60,000 bases of DNA, from NCBI RefSeq assembly GCF_009834535.1, contig NC_045696.1, positions 40,612,001 to 40,672,000 on the forward strand. Direction: 5' to 3'. The notes under the pieces are model-generated. The model was not told where the DNA came from, ran no database searches, and saw only the letters and a program-made list of their open reading frames with translations. The first letter of the stretch is position 1. The number at the start of each line of letters is the position of its first letter. A program made the translations under genes and the position numbers. The stretch comes from Camelus ferus. Lineage: Eukaryota. Of the stretch, positions 37,009 to 50,784 are shown piece by piece.

Positions 37009-38768
37009 TCCTGTGCATTTTTGACTCCATAGTCATTGAAGTTGTGCCAAAATAGAGTGAGTTGGTATGGATGAGGAAGAGAGCTGTCTGCCACCAGAAG
37101 TGAATGGTGTAGCAGAAGCTGAACAATGATTGCCTGACATGCATGTTGACTTTCTATGAAGGAAACTTGGGCTCAGAGTCCTCTAAGAGCTTTTCCAACT
37201 CTAATTTTAATGAGTTTAATTTTAATCATATTTGTAGTAGGGTAATTATTGTCCTCTTAACTTAACAAAAATTATTGTTTATTCTCATTCATGCATGTCT
37301 CATTCACTCTAGCCTTTTCTCAGAACCTTGTTTTCCCTTTGAGAGCACCTGTTCCGAAAAGCAGGCCAAGACTCCAAGCTCTGTGCACCACTTTTAATGA
37401 TGAGTAATCATTGTACCCATAACTGATTTAACCTTATTTCTTAGCCTTACTTGAACTTTTGTGTACACCAGAGTAGTACATCAAGCATTGAAAGCTTCTG
37501 ATCAAGAGTCCTGAAATTAACTTCTTGAATTTCTTGATATTAAATTGAATTTTCTTTTAAGGTAACAAAGATCATAGCTTTAAGTTGTTAGCATCAGTGG
37601 TCTAATTTAATACTTGCAACAGATGAATATGTGATTGAAGCAAGTGTGAATCATGTTATTTAAAAAAAAGACATGGTGGCAGAGTGATTTGACAGATCGT
37701 GCATGTTCCCCATTCTGGAGATTTATACTTTATATAGTTATGTAACTTACTCTGTTAGCTGACTTAGTGTCTACAAACATTTCTAATATTGATTGGGTGT
37801 AATTATAAAGGATATTTACTGAATCCAGGGATTGCATTTTGAATTTGAATCATTCATACGTTTGAATCATTGTAGTCATTTTAAAGTAGATTATGGTGAA
37901 ATTATTTACTGTGCAACTGTATGGCCTAGTCTTGGCTTAGGAATGAGAATGTGTAGATTTGCATTACAATATAAAATGTGTGAGATAGGAACTCTGATTA
38001 GCAATGTATTTGCCATCTGATAATATTTGTGTGAATATAAATAGCTCTGCATTCTGCTTTATTCTGAATATAAAATTATCTCTGCCCATCCCATCTCATC
38101 TGTTTGTTTAGCTTTAAATCCTGTTTTTTTCCTACTATAATTTAGAAGGTGTTTTGCAGACATCAACATTTTTAGACTGTACTTAATGGCCATATTTATA
38201 GTGGGAATTTCCAGAAAACAAGTGATTCAGTTTCGTATGCCCTAAGTACCACCATTGTACAGTAGAGACTGGGATGCATTATTTATTGTTGTAGGTATGT
38301 GGGCACATTGGGGGCCCATCTCCATAGATTTAAAATTGGGTTTTAAAATTCTACCCTGTTAATCCTTGGGGAAGATTAGCAATATCCTTATTCCCTTCAC
38401 TTCCAATGACCCTAGAGTGATTTGAGAAATGGTGTAAGAGAGGAAATGGTGGTAGTGTTACCACATATTATCATGGTGATCCAGTAAGGCAGTGAAGGAC
38501 AGACTTTTTTTCAAACTGATGAAACTGAGCCTAACAAAGGAGAAGCCATGCTACAGGAAAGTTGAGTATATAATTGTTCAGAGCCACCATAAAAACAAAA
38601 CCTGAGACCCATGTCTCCTGTTTCCTGTGCCAGTGCTTTTTTACTATTCCGCTCCACCCTTACTGAAAAGTCAAGCTATTCTCTATTTCCTTTCCAAGGC
38701 TGGTTGGACAGGGAGGTCAAGCTTAGTGTATTTGTCTCACTTTCTCCCAAGAGTAAGACCCCCTGGGG

Positions 38769-39099
38769 CACTGTTGACAAACTTCTGAAAAAGGTCTGGT
38801 AGTAAATATTTTAGGCTTTGCCAGCAGAATGGTCTCTATAGTAACTACTCAACTCTATCATTATCATGCAAAAGCAGCCACAGACAGTGCGTGAACAAAT
38901 GAACATGGATGTGTTCCAATAAAACTTTATGGTCACTGAAATTTCAGTTTTATATATTTTTCACATGTCATGAAAAATTATTCTAATTTTGATATTTTCC
39001 CCCCAACCATTTGAAAATGTAAAAATCATTCTTGCGGTCTTTACAAAAACAGATTGTGGACTGGATTTTGAATCACTGGCCACAGTTTGCTAACCCCTG
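38769..39099. mobile_element. MER58B (hAT-Charlie)
   Basis: tagtaaatattttaggctttg...aactactcaactct...gtgttccaataaaactttatgg...ccaaccatttgaaaatgtaaaaa...cagtttgctaacccctg; TSD ccctgggg/cccaaggg. Confidence 0.9.
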
Positions 39100-39799
39100 C
39101 CCAAGGGGAGTAAGTAATGAAATGTGAGGAAGACTATAGGTGTTAAAACATGAGGAGACAAAATATGATACATGAAGTACAGATGATTTAAGTGTGGTAG
39201 GGAAGATGACCGATGGGTATGCGAATGTTGAGATGCCCTGACCCTCAGTTCTATTTTAGATCATCTTAGTTGGTATTCGGTCAGGTTCCAGATTGGTTGT
39301 TTTTATTTACTCTTAAGTTTTATGAAAGGCAGGTTTTAACTGGCCTTAGGAAGAAAGGCAGAAATAAGAAGAGGACATGTAACTTAGAGTTTGCCATAAG
39401 GTATGCAGTGCCAGTAGAACATTTTATATGGAATGGCAGCTGGCGGTTTTCATTATTGGTGAATCATTGCGAAGTCTGTCTGAGGCAGGAAGGAAACAGC
39501 TAACTGTATTATTCCTCTTTTAGCAAAAACTAGCTCATGACATTGTAAGGCTCTCATGGAGTATGTTTTCTGCCATGCTGAAAGAATGCATAAAGATCTC
39601 TACTTTAATGACATAAAAGCTATACTAAGATTAAACTGAAAAATCCTGTAAACTCAAAACAGTAACAGACTATTTTTTTTAATAGTGTGAGTGATTTACA
39701 TGCAGTTGAATATAGCTCTTCTTGCTCTTTAGGTTGGCTCACCTATAACAATTGCATAGATGGTAGTAGCGATTTATAACAAAGCAGCATCACTTATTA

Positions 39800-40010
39800 T
39801 GATAATGATAGCACAATAACCATTTTTTGAGCTGCTCTTATCTACTGCTGCCTAACACACGTTATCTCATTTATTCCCACAACAACCCTGCAAGGTAGTT
39901 ATTACTCTCCTGTTGAAGATAAATTGAGGCCCAGCCGCACAGGGACAGAGTACCATGGCCAAATCTGTCTCCCTGACCCAAAAGTTTATGCTATTTCCAC
40001 TGTACCATTG
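39800..40010 (-). mobile_element. MIR SINE
   Basis: gttatctcatttattcccacaacaaccctgcaaggtagttattactctcc...aaattgaggcccag. Confidence 0.8.
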
Positions 40011-42311
40011 CCGTGATAAGAATTGGTGGCACCCGCACCCCCACCCCAGAATTTGGAAAAACCATCCTCAGCTCTATTGCTGACTATTACTACTTCATGT
40101 TAATTTTACTCTGTGTGGTTGCTGTGCAGTAATAGAATGACTTCAGCCCCTTAAAACTTTGAAAAATCAAACCAGTCATGTCTTTTAACTTTTGTGGTTT
40201 GTGTGTCCATTCATTGCTCTTGAGTTTCTAGGCAGGCTGCTGCCTTGAACTATTCACTGTCTGAACTTGCCCTCAAAGAATTCTTCCTCCCACCCTACCT
40301 CTATCAAGTGACAACCAATGAAAAACCCACAGCTCGGCAGCTGCAATTCTGGAAAGCTTCCATTAAAGCCCTCATTCCCACATCCCCTTCGAAAATCACG
40401 GTTCCTGGAGCTTGCTGTTATCTTCTTGAAGGTCATGACTAATGCTTTGTAAAGCTTCCACTGCAAACACTGTCTGCAAGAGTAGGATTATTTAACTTGA
40501 ACTCTGTGAGTTACCTTACCAACACTAAAATGTTTACTGCCCCTCAATTGCTCTACTCTAAATTCTTACCCAGTAACCTGCAAAGCACATAGTAGGATGG
40601 GATTGTTTCAGGTATTCAGTAGGAAAACTGGAGAGCTTAATAAATTTCAGAGAGTGCCTCTTTGACAGATCAGAACTGAATAAAAATTCCTGGAATATTG
40701 AGAATGTTAGGTGACTTAGCCCTGTTCTTGTCCTTCTAAATTTTATTATTTCCATGAATTGTGTTCAGGATTTAGAGTCAAGTATCCAGTATACCTGTCT
40801 CAGAGGAAGCAGTTTCATTTTTCCTAAATGTGGAGATATAGTGCAAAAGTGGCTGTTTTATGTTTGACTGAATGGTACCAAAATCCAGTTTTTAGCAACC
40901 GTCTCCTATGTGAATCAGGTTATTTAATCCAAATTTCTTTGAAACCACAACCAGACATACAGTATGGACATTTGATTGAAGAAATATGGTTGCTATTATT
41001 CACCCTGCAATGCTTTATTTTGCTTTAATACCCCATTAATACATTTAAGAAAAAAAGGTAAATTTGCATCCATTGAAATTGGCAAGACTGGATGCTGGTG
41101 ATTAGGAACACAGGACTCTATCAAGAGATAATTTCCTGATCTCTATGTATCACAACATTGATTTTTCTAGACTGTTCCACAAGTATGTCCAGGAACTCAG
41201 GGAGAAAAAAAAAAACATGTGGGAGACAAATATATGCTAATGCATTACTTATTATCTGGAGTAAATCTATGCTCATGGCAGCAGTAAGAAGTTATATGGT
41301 CTGTATTTATTTACAGTGTGCAGGCTACAAAATGTGAGCATTCTGATTGGGTCCAGATGTAATGGAAAGAATTCACTAGCATTTTCACACTAGCTTTTGT
41401 GAGGTATGCACCTTTTAAATAAACATTGGTTAAAGGATTGTCATTTAGTTTCAATAACCCTAAAAGGTACTTTCTGTTGCCTAAATATTGGAGAAAATGA
41501 TTTGGGGCCTCAAATCCCATCTAGCTTCCCTCAGAAAAATGTGTTTATAAAACTAGAGAGCTCTAAGTGTATTGGAAAAGTATTTGTACTAACACTCATA
41601 AAGTCAGAGGATAAATCTAAGAGCATTTTGATGTGATCAGTATTTGTAAAGCCTCAATTATTTTTATGGAATTAAAGTAAATTTCTTGAATTTTTGGGTA
41701 ACCAAAAATAAGTGAAGGTCATTCTTCAGAATAATTTTTAGTGCTTGCACCCAAATTTTAGGGAAATATTGTAACTTTCCTACAAAAAAAGCATGGATTA
41801 TCTTTACTTGAAAGCTCAACATCCACTTAATCTCTTAATTAAAGGACCTTGCTGAATATATGTGAATTGGTCTCACATCTTCCCTACTCCGTTAGGTAAT
41901 ACAGGATGGAAGGAAAATATGGTGTGTAATTCTGGGAATGACACTGGAATGACAGCCTGCCCTATTCCTGTCATATGTACTTAGAATTCCAGGGATTGGA
42001 ATTCCATATTGTATATAGGGTCATTCTGTTGGGATTCCTGAAAGAATGCTGGGAAGACTCTGGAGTTTCTGTAAACAGAGATTTTAGAACAGCATAACAT
42101 TATTTTCATTATTATAATGCCCTCAGGGTCCATCCAAGTTGTCACAAATGGCCATTTAAATTGTTTCTTTATTAGGCAAAGTTTTAAATATAGAGAAAAC
42201 TGGAGGAAAAAGAACCCCCATGACAGCAGCAGTCATCAACTCATGATCTTCTTTGTTACACATATACCTTTTTTTCCCCACACTGGATTCTTAGGAAGCA
42301 AATCCCAGACA

Positions 42312-42969
42312 TCATATATCCGGAAAAGATGAAAACTCTAATTCAAAAAGATACATATACCCCAATGCTCATAGCAGCACTACTTACAGTAGCCAAGACG
42401 TGGAAACAACCTAAGTGTCCATCAACAGATGAATGGACAAAGATGTGTGTGTGTACACACACGCACACACACAATATAATATTACTCAGCCATAGAAATG
42501 AATGAAATATTGTCATTTGCAGCAACATGGTTGGACCTAAAGAATATCTTACTAAGTGAAGTGAGTCAGATAGAGAAAGACAAATATTATATAATATCAC
42601 TTATATGTGGAATCTAAAAACAATACAAATAAATTTATTTACAAAACAGAAACAGACTCACAGACATAGAAAATAAACTTATGGTTACCAAAAGGGCAAA
42701 GGTGGAGGGGCATAAATTAGGAGTATGGGATTAACAGATACACACTACTATGTATAAAATAGATGAGCAATGAGTATTTACTGTGTAGCAGAGGAAACTA
42801 TATTCAATATCTTGTAATAACCTGTAATGGAAAATAATCTGAAATATGTGTGTGTGTATGTGTGTGTGTGTATACATATGTATATGTATATATATGTATA
42901 TAACTGAATCACTTTGCTGTATACCTGAAACTAACTGTTTTAAATCAGCTATACTTAATTTTTAAAAAA
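42312..42969 (+). mobile_element. 5'-truncated L1: ORF2 C-terminus plus 3' UTR, cetartiodactyl-type
   Basis: Translates MKTLIQKDTYTPMLIAALLTVAKTWKQPKCPSTDEWTK (L1 ORF2 C-terminus); UTR motifs acagactcacagacatagaaaataaacttatggttaccaaa and taactgaatcactttgctgtatacctgaaactaac; internal TG/CA and TA microsatellites. Confidence 0.95.
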
Positions 42970-43039
42970 TCTACAAGTGAGTTCATGGCAACAATAAATA
43001 AAAAGCTACTACATGCATAAGAAGGAAAAGCTTTTTTTT

Positions 43040-43915
43040 TTAAACAGTAGAATGCCAGTTAACAAACATGGAGTGAATGATAGCTTAGAAAATTACTGTC
43101 TTTTAATTAATAGTTACATTGATTCAGGCAAGAAGTATCAATGGATGCTAAAACTAGAAAGTAAAAGGTAGTGAGGAACAAGATTAGTACATAGCTCAAA
43201 GAATCTCTCTACAGATTACCTACTAATAGTCATGGGAAATATTAGCTTTAGAGTGGAGAGGCCTGGTAATGACACCTTAACCAACTGATCAAAATTACCA
43301 TCACCAATAATAAAACAGACTGACTTCATGTGCCTCTTGCTCTTATGCATCGAGAAAGACATCTGTGATATTCTTACCCCCAAAATACGTAATTTAATAT
43401 TAAGGAAATATCAGACAAACCCAAATTAAAAGATACTCTTCAAAAATGTCAGTGTCCTGAAACACACACAAAAAAGCTGAGGAGATATTTCAGATTAAGG
43501 AAAACCAAAGAGATACGAAGACTAAATGTATGTGTGATCCTAGATTAGATCCTGGACTAAGAAAAAAATTGCAGCAAGAACATTATTGGGACAGTTGGTA
43601 AAATTAGAAAAAGTTCTGTGGATTAAATAATATTTGTGACTATGTAAGTTTCCTAATTTTTATTGTACTGTCATTAAGTGATTATCTATGTTCTTAGGAA
43701 ATACACATTGAAATATTTAGGGGCAAAAGAACATGATGTCTGCGACTTAATGGCTTAGAAAAACAAATGTGTATATGGAAAGAGAGAATAAAAGACAAAA
43801 GCAGCAAATATTTAACAATTGGTGAATCTGGGTGGAACATGTAAGAGTTTTTTTGTGATATTCTTTCAACTTTTTTCTCAAGTTTGAAGTTATTTCAAAA
43901 TTTAAAAAATTTAAA
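43040..43915 (+). mobile_element. Old L1 3' region (L1MC-like)
   Basis: gattcaggcaagaagtatcaatggatgctaaaactag...gacaccttaaccaactgatcaaa...tcagacaaacccaaatt...ggtgaatctgggtg...aagtttgaagttatttcaaaat. Confidence 0.8.
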
Positions 43916-44617
43916 TGCTTAAACAAAGCAACTTCACATATATTCATATACACACACACAGGATTGTCTTCACTTTAAAGCCATGTAAAAATACAGAAGT
44001 CTGCGAGTCATACCTAAAGATGGACTGAAGAATATAAAATGTTTTCTCCCAGCAGTTTTCTACAGAAATCATTTAACTAGCTATTTTTGTGTTAAAATTA
44101 TGAAATTTATAAAAGTTTGATAAATACAGACAGTTTCCCAAACCTCTGTAAAGAGAGGCAAACCTGCATTTGTTTTAGCTCTGTTATGGTAAGAGTTGCT
44201 GTTATCTGTCTGGCTTGCTTTGCAAAGTGCCTCACATTGAGCTGTGTGTGAGTACATGCTTACATGTTTTCAAAGAAAATGATGATGATGATTATCTGCC
44301 CCAAAATACAGATTAAGGCTTTTGCAGAACTGAGGCTCTACTTCAGATCTCTCTACCAATTACCTAAGTAAATTTTCAGACCATGTGAAGCCAGATTTTA
44401 GATCTGCTCTTTCCACTAACTGGCTCTGAACTTCTTGGGTTTTTCCTTTTGTCTCTTTTCCTGTCATTAAAATATAACTTTAGTAGGAATAATAAGAATA
44501 GTAATGAAGTAATGAGTATATTATTTTGAGCTTATCCAGAAAATATTGCTTTACTGATCGTAAAAAAGAGTAAAGTATTCAATTATCCAAAAGCTAATTA
44601 GCCATGACCCTATCTTG

Positions 44618-44745
44618 CCCCTTCTTCATCTTCTTCTTTTTCTTCTCCTCCTCTTTCTTTTCTCCTTCTTCTCTCCTTCCTCCTCTTTCTCCTTCTCTTC
44701 TTCCTCTTCCTCCTTTTCTCACTCTCTCTCTCTTTTTTTTTTTTT
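44618..44745. repeat. CT-rich polypyrimidine low-complexity tract
   Basis: About 125 nt of almost only C/T (cttctt, ctcctt units) ending in poly-T. Confidence 0.9.
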
Positions 44746-44839
44746 ACCATTTTTTACTTACACAGAATTAGAGTAGGAAGTGGAAACAAGCAAAACTAGT
44801 CAGATGTGTTTTCTTATAAGTAGTTGGGTTTAATTTAAA

Positions 44840-45155
44840 AATTAGCAGACATTGTAATGGCAGAAGATTGGAAATAACTTAAATGTACTTACATGAGGAC
44901 TGTTTAATACTGGTGGAATACAGTGCTTCCATAAACAAAGACTGGAAATGTCTTTATGTATTGATGTGGAAAGAGCTCCGAGGCATACTGGTTAAGTCCA
45001 AAAAGCACAGTACAGAACAGTCTACATTGAATGCTACCATTTGCATATAATAAAAAGAGGAAAGAATATATATGCATATGTATAAAATGTCTCTGAAAAG
45101 ATACACATGCACACATGATTGTTTGCCTAAGGAGATAAGAGTTTGGTGTTGGAGC
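44840..45155 (+). mobile_element. Old L1 3' region (L1ME-like)
   Basis: ttgtaatggcagaagattggaaataacttaaatgt...tggaatacagtgc...tatgtattgatgtggaaagagctcc...cagtacagaacagt. Confidence 0.75.
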
Positions 45156-48100
45156 ACAGATTCATTAACTTCAGCATTAATAGTTGTTGAAAAACTCTTA
45201 AATTAAATGCTTATAGAAGAAAATAGGGAATTGTACTTTTCAACCCTGTTTTAATGCTATAGAAATTGCTCTCCTAAAATGATAGTTCATCAAAAACAGA
45301 GACACTCCAAGGTCTTTCATTGTAATGATGCAAACTATTATGCATTTTATCTGATTGAGCTATTCTGATTCAGTTATTAGCTTGATCTCAAAAAACTCAT
45401 CATTTTTTCTTAAATGTTCTTGGTCACAAGAGTACATCCTATGAATGAACACAAGACTCATCTAGTACAGGATTATTAAAGAGCTGAAAAATATAAAGCT
45501 GATTTCAGTAGAGTTGTACAAAAATGCCAATTTAGTTTTAGACCCCATGGAAAGTAGAAGGGTAAAAAGTATTTCAAGTTAGTGTAAGACTAGTGTAAGT
45601 ATCTCAGGAAAGCCAGAAACCAAAAAAGACCTAGAAAATTTTTAGGAATCCAAAAGAATCTAGAAGAACATCGTCCATGGAGTTGATGTTTTAATATATC
45701 ACCCTTTTTTTTCAACCAAGATCTCATACTTCCCTTAAACAGGATATTGAATGGCACATAATAATTTTTTCCCTTAATGGTTCTCTTTGTAGTTAAAAGC
45801 TTTCTTTATCAATCCACCTGCATTTTATAAGTGGATAAATAGAATTACTCCAAGCTGTCTGAACACTTCTTTTTTTCCCCTGCGTCTGCCAAAGTCAGTG
45901 AGAAGTAGGAACCTAAGACAGTCTCTGGAATAGGTAACCATGTGTTACCACTAACAATATAAAATTTGACAGAAACTCTTCTTTGCTTATTTACATACTT
46001 AATGGTTTTCCTGTTTAACTTCTTCTTTAAAAAAAATCATTATTATTCAAATAAAGACTATCATCTGGCCATAAGTAGTATATTAAAGCTTTGTTCACTG
46101 AGAATTATTTATATAGTTTCAGTTAATCACACTGCATTTTTATAGGGAAGCATACACAGATGTGACAGTGGTTTTGGAAACAACTTAGGTAGCTTCAAGA
46201 AACATCTGCACATTTTCCAATAGCCTGGGTAACTAAGTAGTGACTCTGTACAGCCTTCTCTGCAACTGCTCTTTCCTCCCTTCCTTTTTTCAGCACATCT
46301 AGATGATTAATAAACTGCTGTGTATATGCATTCTGACAACTGTGGGGACTGTGAGGGTTGACAGTACGCACATCACCCTATGTTATTATCATGAAACACC
46401 TCATTGGATGCCCTATACAAAATGGTAGTTGGCATTTTGAGAGATTGGTGCTGGGAACTCTGTGGGACTCTTCCCCATCATGGTTACGTTGATATTTTCT
46501 CAGGTCATAGCGTCAGTGGCTGAGTCGGTGTCCTCTTGAGTTTGGATAATGATTTTAAAGAAATGATTCTTTTATCTTAGGGAAGAGAGAATAGTCTCAT
46601 TTTAAAAAGTAAAGTCTCATTATCTTAAAATGTAAAAAGACTGTTTTAACAACCATTTTGTTCATTCCACTATGAATTCTGCTGACAGACCTTTCCTAAA
46701 GCATGTCTCTACTGCCAGATCCCAAGTTTCATAGTTACCAAAGTTGACTCTGTATGACCTGTTACACTTTCCATAGACTGTTGGATGTGATCACAGAAGG
46801 GTGATTGCCAAGGTTTTATTTCAACTCAGATATGACTAAATGTAAGAAATCACTTACTGACACCTTTATTCTGTCTGCCCCTCCCTAAATCACCATTTTG
46901 GGAAAAAGTTAAAGGATCTACAAAATGGTCTGCCTGTGTTCCAAGTTAATTTTGAGAATGGCTTTTTATGTCTGGTTTACAGTCTCTTTAAAAAAGCGAA
47001 ATTATGATGGAAACACTGTGATATCCTAAGCTGTAACAAATGAGCTGTTCTTAAAGATAAATGTACCTTCATGTCTATGAAGCTAAATATTTATTTTCCA
47101 GATGATTTAATGTATCTTTGTTCCTTTCCACACTGAGCTTTTTCTTTCTGTGCATCCCTTCATCTCCGAGCTACTTTTTTGTAGCCGTGTTATATCAGTG
47201 TTTTGTGATGTTACAAAAAAGCAAAGAGTTTGAGGTCAAATTTTCCATTACATACCTCAACAAGAATGCCAGGGAACCTAGCCAAACTAAGTCTACAAAA
47301 AATAAAAATTACAGGAAAGATGATTCATTAGTCAACAATTGCCCTACCAAAAAAATAGAATTTGTTATATGGATTGGATTTTGGGAGTGGGGAATGAGTG
47401 CAGACAGACAGCCCAGCTCTGGGGTGAAATGGGGCATTTCATGCCAATATGTAGCATGGTTTTAGGTCTATTGGGGATCTTTTTAAACTGTAAACTTCAG
47501 GGAAAGAATAATTGATTTTGTGCCTTGATTTCTCCCAGTTTGTTTCTTCTTTCAAAATGATAGCCTCTCCGTATGCTGACCCCAGCTACAATTTGATTTT
47601 AAAAATAGTGTCAGAGGAAAGACAATAGAAAGACACAGTCTACAGCTCAGGAACTGTGAGGGCATGTGCCATTCCTTCCTCTACTCTCTGTTACACGGTC
47701 TCTGTCACTTCCTTTTCCTCTAACATAACTCTCCTTCTGCATCCTTTTTTTTTTTTTTTTTTTTTTTGCCATAAGCTCAGGATCTTGATCCTTTCGTAAA
47801 ATATTGTCAGATCAGTAGAAATGCAAGACATTTGTCTTTAACTTATAATTACATATTAAAGGAGCTGAGAAGGGCAAAAAATGTGACACTGAAGGAAAAA
47901 CTTACTTAATGAAATCAGAAAACACCCCCCAAACTCCAAAACAAACAGAATTATCTGATTGTAGAACTTAGTACGGTAAATGTCAAACTCAATGTGAAGC
48001 TTCATTTTTTTAGTATTCTAATGAGAAAACCAGCCAGTAACAAATACAGTTGGCTCTGTGACCAACCAATAATGGACACTGTGAACTTTGTTATCTAATA

Positions 48101-49485
48101 TTTTATTAGCCAGCCCCTAAGCACCATCATGCAATAAAATGTTCAAAGCAGTGACCCAGGGTGTTACAGGATTGTTGTGCACCTTGTGATTCGTCAGAGA
48201 TGATGTTAGAGTCCTGTCTCATTTTACTACTAAGTGTGTTTTTAATTCTTTGAAAATTGGTACTCGTGTGGTTCAGGCACTACTAACCAGAGTACATAGT
48301 TAATCAGAACAATTCCAACCATACTGGATGACACTGAATTTACTGAAGATTTTTGTTGCCTTTTATGGAGAACATGAGGGGAAAGTAGAGAATGGGTTTT
48401 TTTTGTGTTTTATTTTTTCTTTCCTTTGCCAAAAAGCTGATAACCTGGTTGTTATTACAATTTCATCTACACAGAGGGACAGCAACATAAGAAATAAACT
48501 TTTAAAAGTTCCTAATAATTGAGAACTTGTAAGAAGCTGGGACAGTTCAAGAAAGTAAGTGGAGAAGAACACTTATTTTGAAGGAGAGGAATGAAGCCAA
48601 AGTTCCCAGACTTTGACAACTAGGGCAAATGTAACAAGTCCACATTCATTGTGGAAAAATATGAAGTCCTCCACTTTTTAAGAAGAAAACTGGACTGCAT
48701 GAACAGAACCAAGGAGATAAGGGCTTGACTTAGCTTGTACCGGTCAGACTCTTCTGTACTCATCTCCCCTCACTCCGTCTCAAGGTCAATGACAGACCAC
48801 CCAGCCGAGACAGTTTTTAGAAGAGTACTAATGGACGCAAGCATCCTAGGTCTCAGATGGAAAAGAACTACTCCCCAGTCCTCAGCGCGCAAAGAGGCTT
48901 TATCCAGGCATTTTTTACAGTCCACTTATTTTTCACCCCATTCTACCTTATCTGTACCACACCCTCCACATGCACTCACACACTTAGGAGGAAGGAGAGG
49001 GGAAATATGCAAAAACTACCTTAAGTAAGTTTTCTTCCCCTATAAAAGATTGTATTTTTTCTTTTCAAATTCTATCTTTGCTCTTTTCAGTTGTATTAAA
49101 AATTTATTTCCTTGGGTTTTAAATCTCATTTTGTTCAGGTTTATAGCTGCTCAGCAATCTCTAATGTCTCTTTTCTCTCATCCACACTCTCGTTTCTCTA
49201 TTATGACTACTTACGCAGGCCAATATGATGTTTTTATACTATGTAAGGCAGGTTCCTCCCAATCCCATCATACTCCCAGACCCCATTCATTCAACCATCT
49301 AACCGTCCATCCATCCATTTTAGTCAGTCAGTCAGGACTTTGAGATTTACATTCCTGGAACTGATTATGATATATTGAATTTGTAAACAACTGTTTTCTG
49401 CTTTGTAAAATTTTTAAAGAGAATGTGCTTTAGAACAGAATAGATCTAGTTCAGATCCTGTGACCTCGAGCAGGTTACTTGCCTC

Positions 49486-50555
49486 ATCTATTCATTTAAC
49501 AAATATTGATTGAGCATCTTCCATGTGCCACTATTATGCCTGGCATGACAGATACAGTTGTTTACAAGACAGACATGATCTTTCTTCACCTCACTGAGTT
49601 TGTACTTCAGTTGGGGAAGCCAAAGGAAAACAAGCATTCAAATAAATATTTCAATCATAGTAAATATAGAGAAGAAAATACACAGGGGAGTTTAACAGAG
49701 TCAAAGGAGCAGGAAAGACTATTTCGTGAAATAATATTTAAGTTGAGGCTCAGAAAATAGGTAGGAGTTAGCCCAACAAAGAGGGAGTGTAAGAGTATCA
49801 CAGGCTGAAGGCTGACCTTTTCCAAGATCCAGAGTCAGGAAGGAACTTGGTCCAAAAGATGAATGAGAGAAGACAAGCTAGAGTAGAGGCCAGTGAGTGA
49901 GAGGAAAATGGAAAGATAACAGAGGTAGGGGAGCCACTGTAGACACTGACAAGAGTTTTGGTCTTTTCTAATAGCACTGAGTAGCCACTGAAAGCTTTTT
50001 TGTGGGGGAAAAATATGATCATATTCCTGTTTGAATTACTCATGTTTTGTCTCATCATACAGTGGATTAGAGGAATGCAAGAAGGAAACCAGTGAAGCTA
50101 ATGATGTTTTCCAGGTGACAGGTGATGGTGGCAGTCAATGGGGAAATGAATGAATTCAAGACAGATTTAGGAGGTAGAGTTTTCCAGACTTGGTGGCTCC
50201 CTGGTTTGGTGGCATTGCAGAAGAAGGAAGGGTCACTGATAATTTCCAGTTTCTGACATGAGGTGCTGTTTCTCGACATGAGAACTTTTGGAAGTGAGCC
50301 TAGCCTGGGGTGGGGTGGGATGGGGGAGGGAGGAGTAGATCCCATGTTCAGTTTTGGTCATGTTTGATTTGAGATATTTGTGGTTCATCCAAATGGAAAT
50401 GCCATGCAGGTAGTTATAAAAACAGATTTGGAGCTCAGAAGAGATGTCTAGGCTGGAGATATAAACTGAGTCATCAGTTTATAGATGATAGTTAAAGCCA
50501 CGAGTATGGACAAAATCCACCTAGGAAGAGAGCGTGTTTCCAGAAGAGGGCCCAG
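49486..50555 (-). mobile_element. L2 LINE, ~1.1 kb 3' portion
   Basis: attcatttaacaaatattgattgagcatcttccatgtgcca...atttaagttgaggctcag...ttcagttttggtcatgtttg...ggagctcagaagagatgtctaggctggagatataaa. Confidence 0.9.
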
Positions 50556-50604
50556 GAAGCCTCTCTGAGCCACAGTTGTTTCATCTTTAGGATGGAAGTA
50601 ATGC

Positions 50605-50784
50605 TATATATAAAATAGACAGACAACAAGGATGCAATGTACAGCACAGGGAACTATATTCATACCTTGTAATAACCTATGATGGAGAAAGAAAAAAAAT
50701 TTATATATATAAATGAATCACTTTGCTTTACACCTGAAACTAACACAACACTGTAAATCAGCTGTACTTCAATTTTTTTAAAAT
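50605..50784 (+). mobile_element. 5'-truncated L1 3' end, cetartiodactyl-type
   Basis: ctatatataaaatagacagacaacaagg...acagcacagggaactatattca...gaatcactttgctttacacctgaaactaacacaacactgtaaatca; degenerate TSD atggaagtaatgct/atggaaatcgtgct. Confidence 0.9.

Noticed and set aside
37397..37501. C/D snoRNA-like layout (ATGATGA ... CTGA ... CTGA)
   Set aside because: Weak terminal stem, no C' box, no rRNA/snRNA complement recognised; these motifs are common by chance.
37451..37510. 60-nt minus-strand exon candidate (ttcAG ... CAA|GTAAGG)
   Set aside because: Purine-rich upstream tract; peptides not recognised.
42343..42600. 85-aa minus-strand ORF
   Set aside because: Antisense frame of the L1 ORF2 end/3' UTR.
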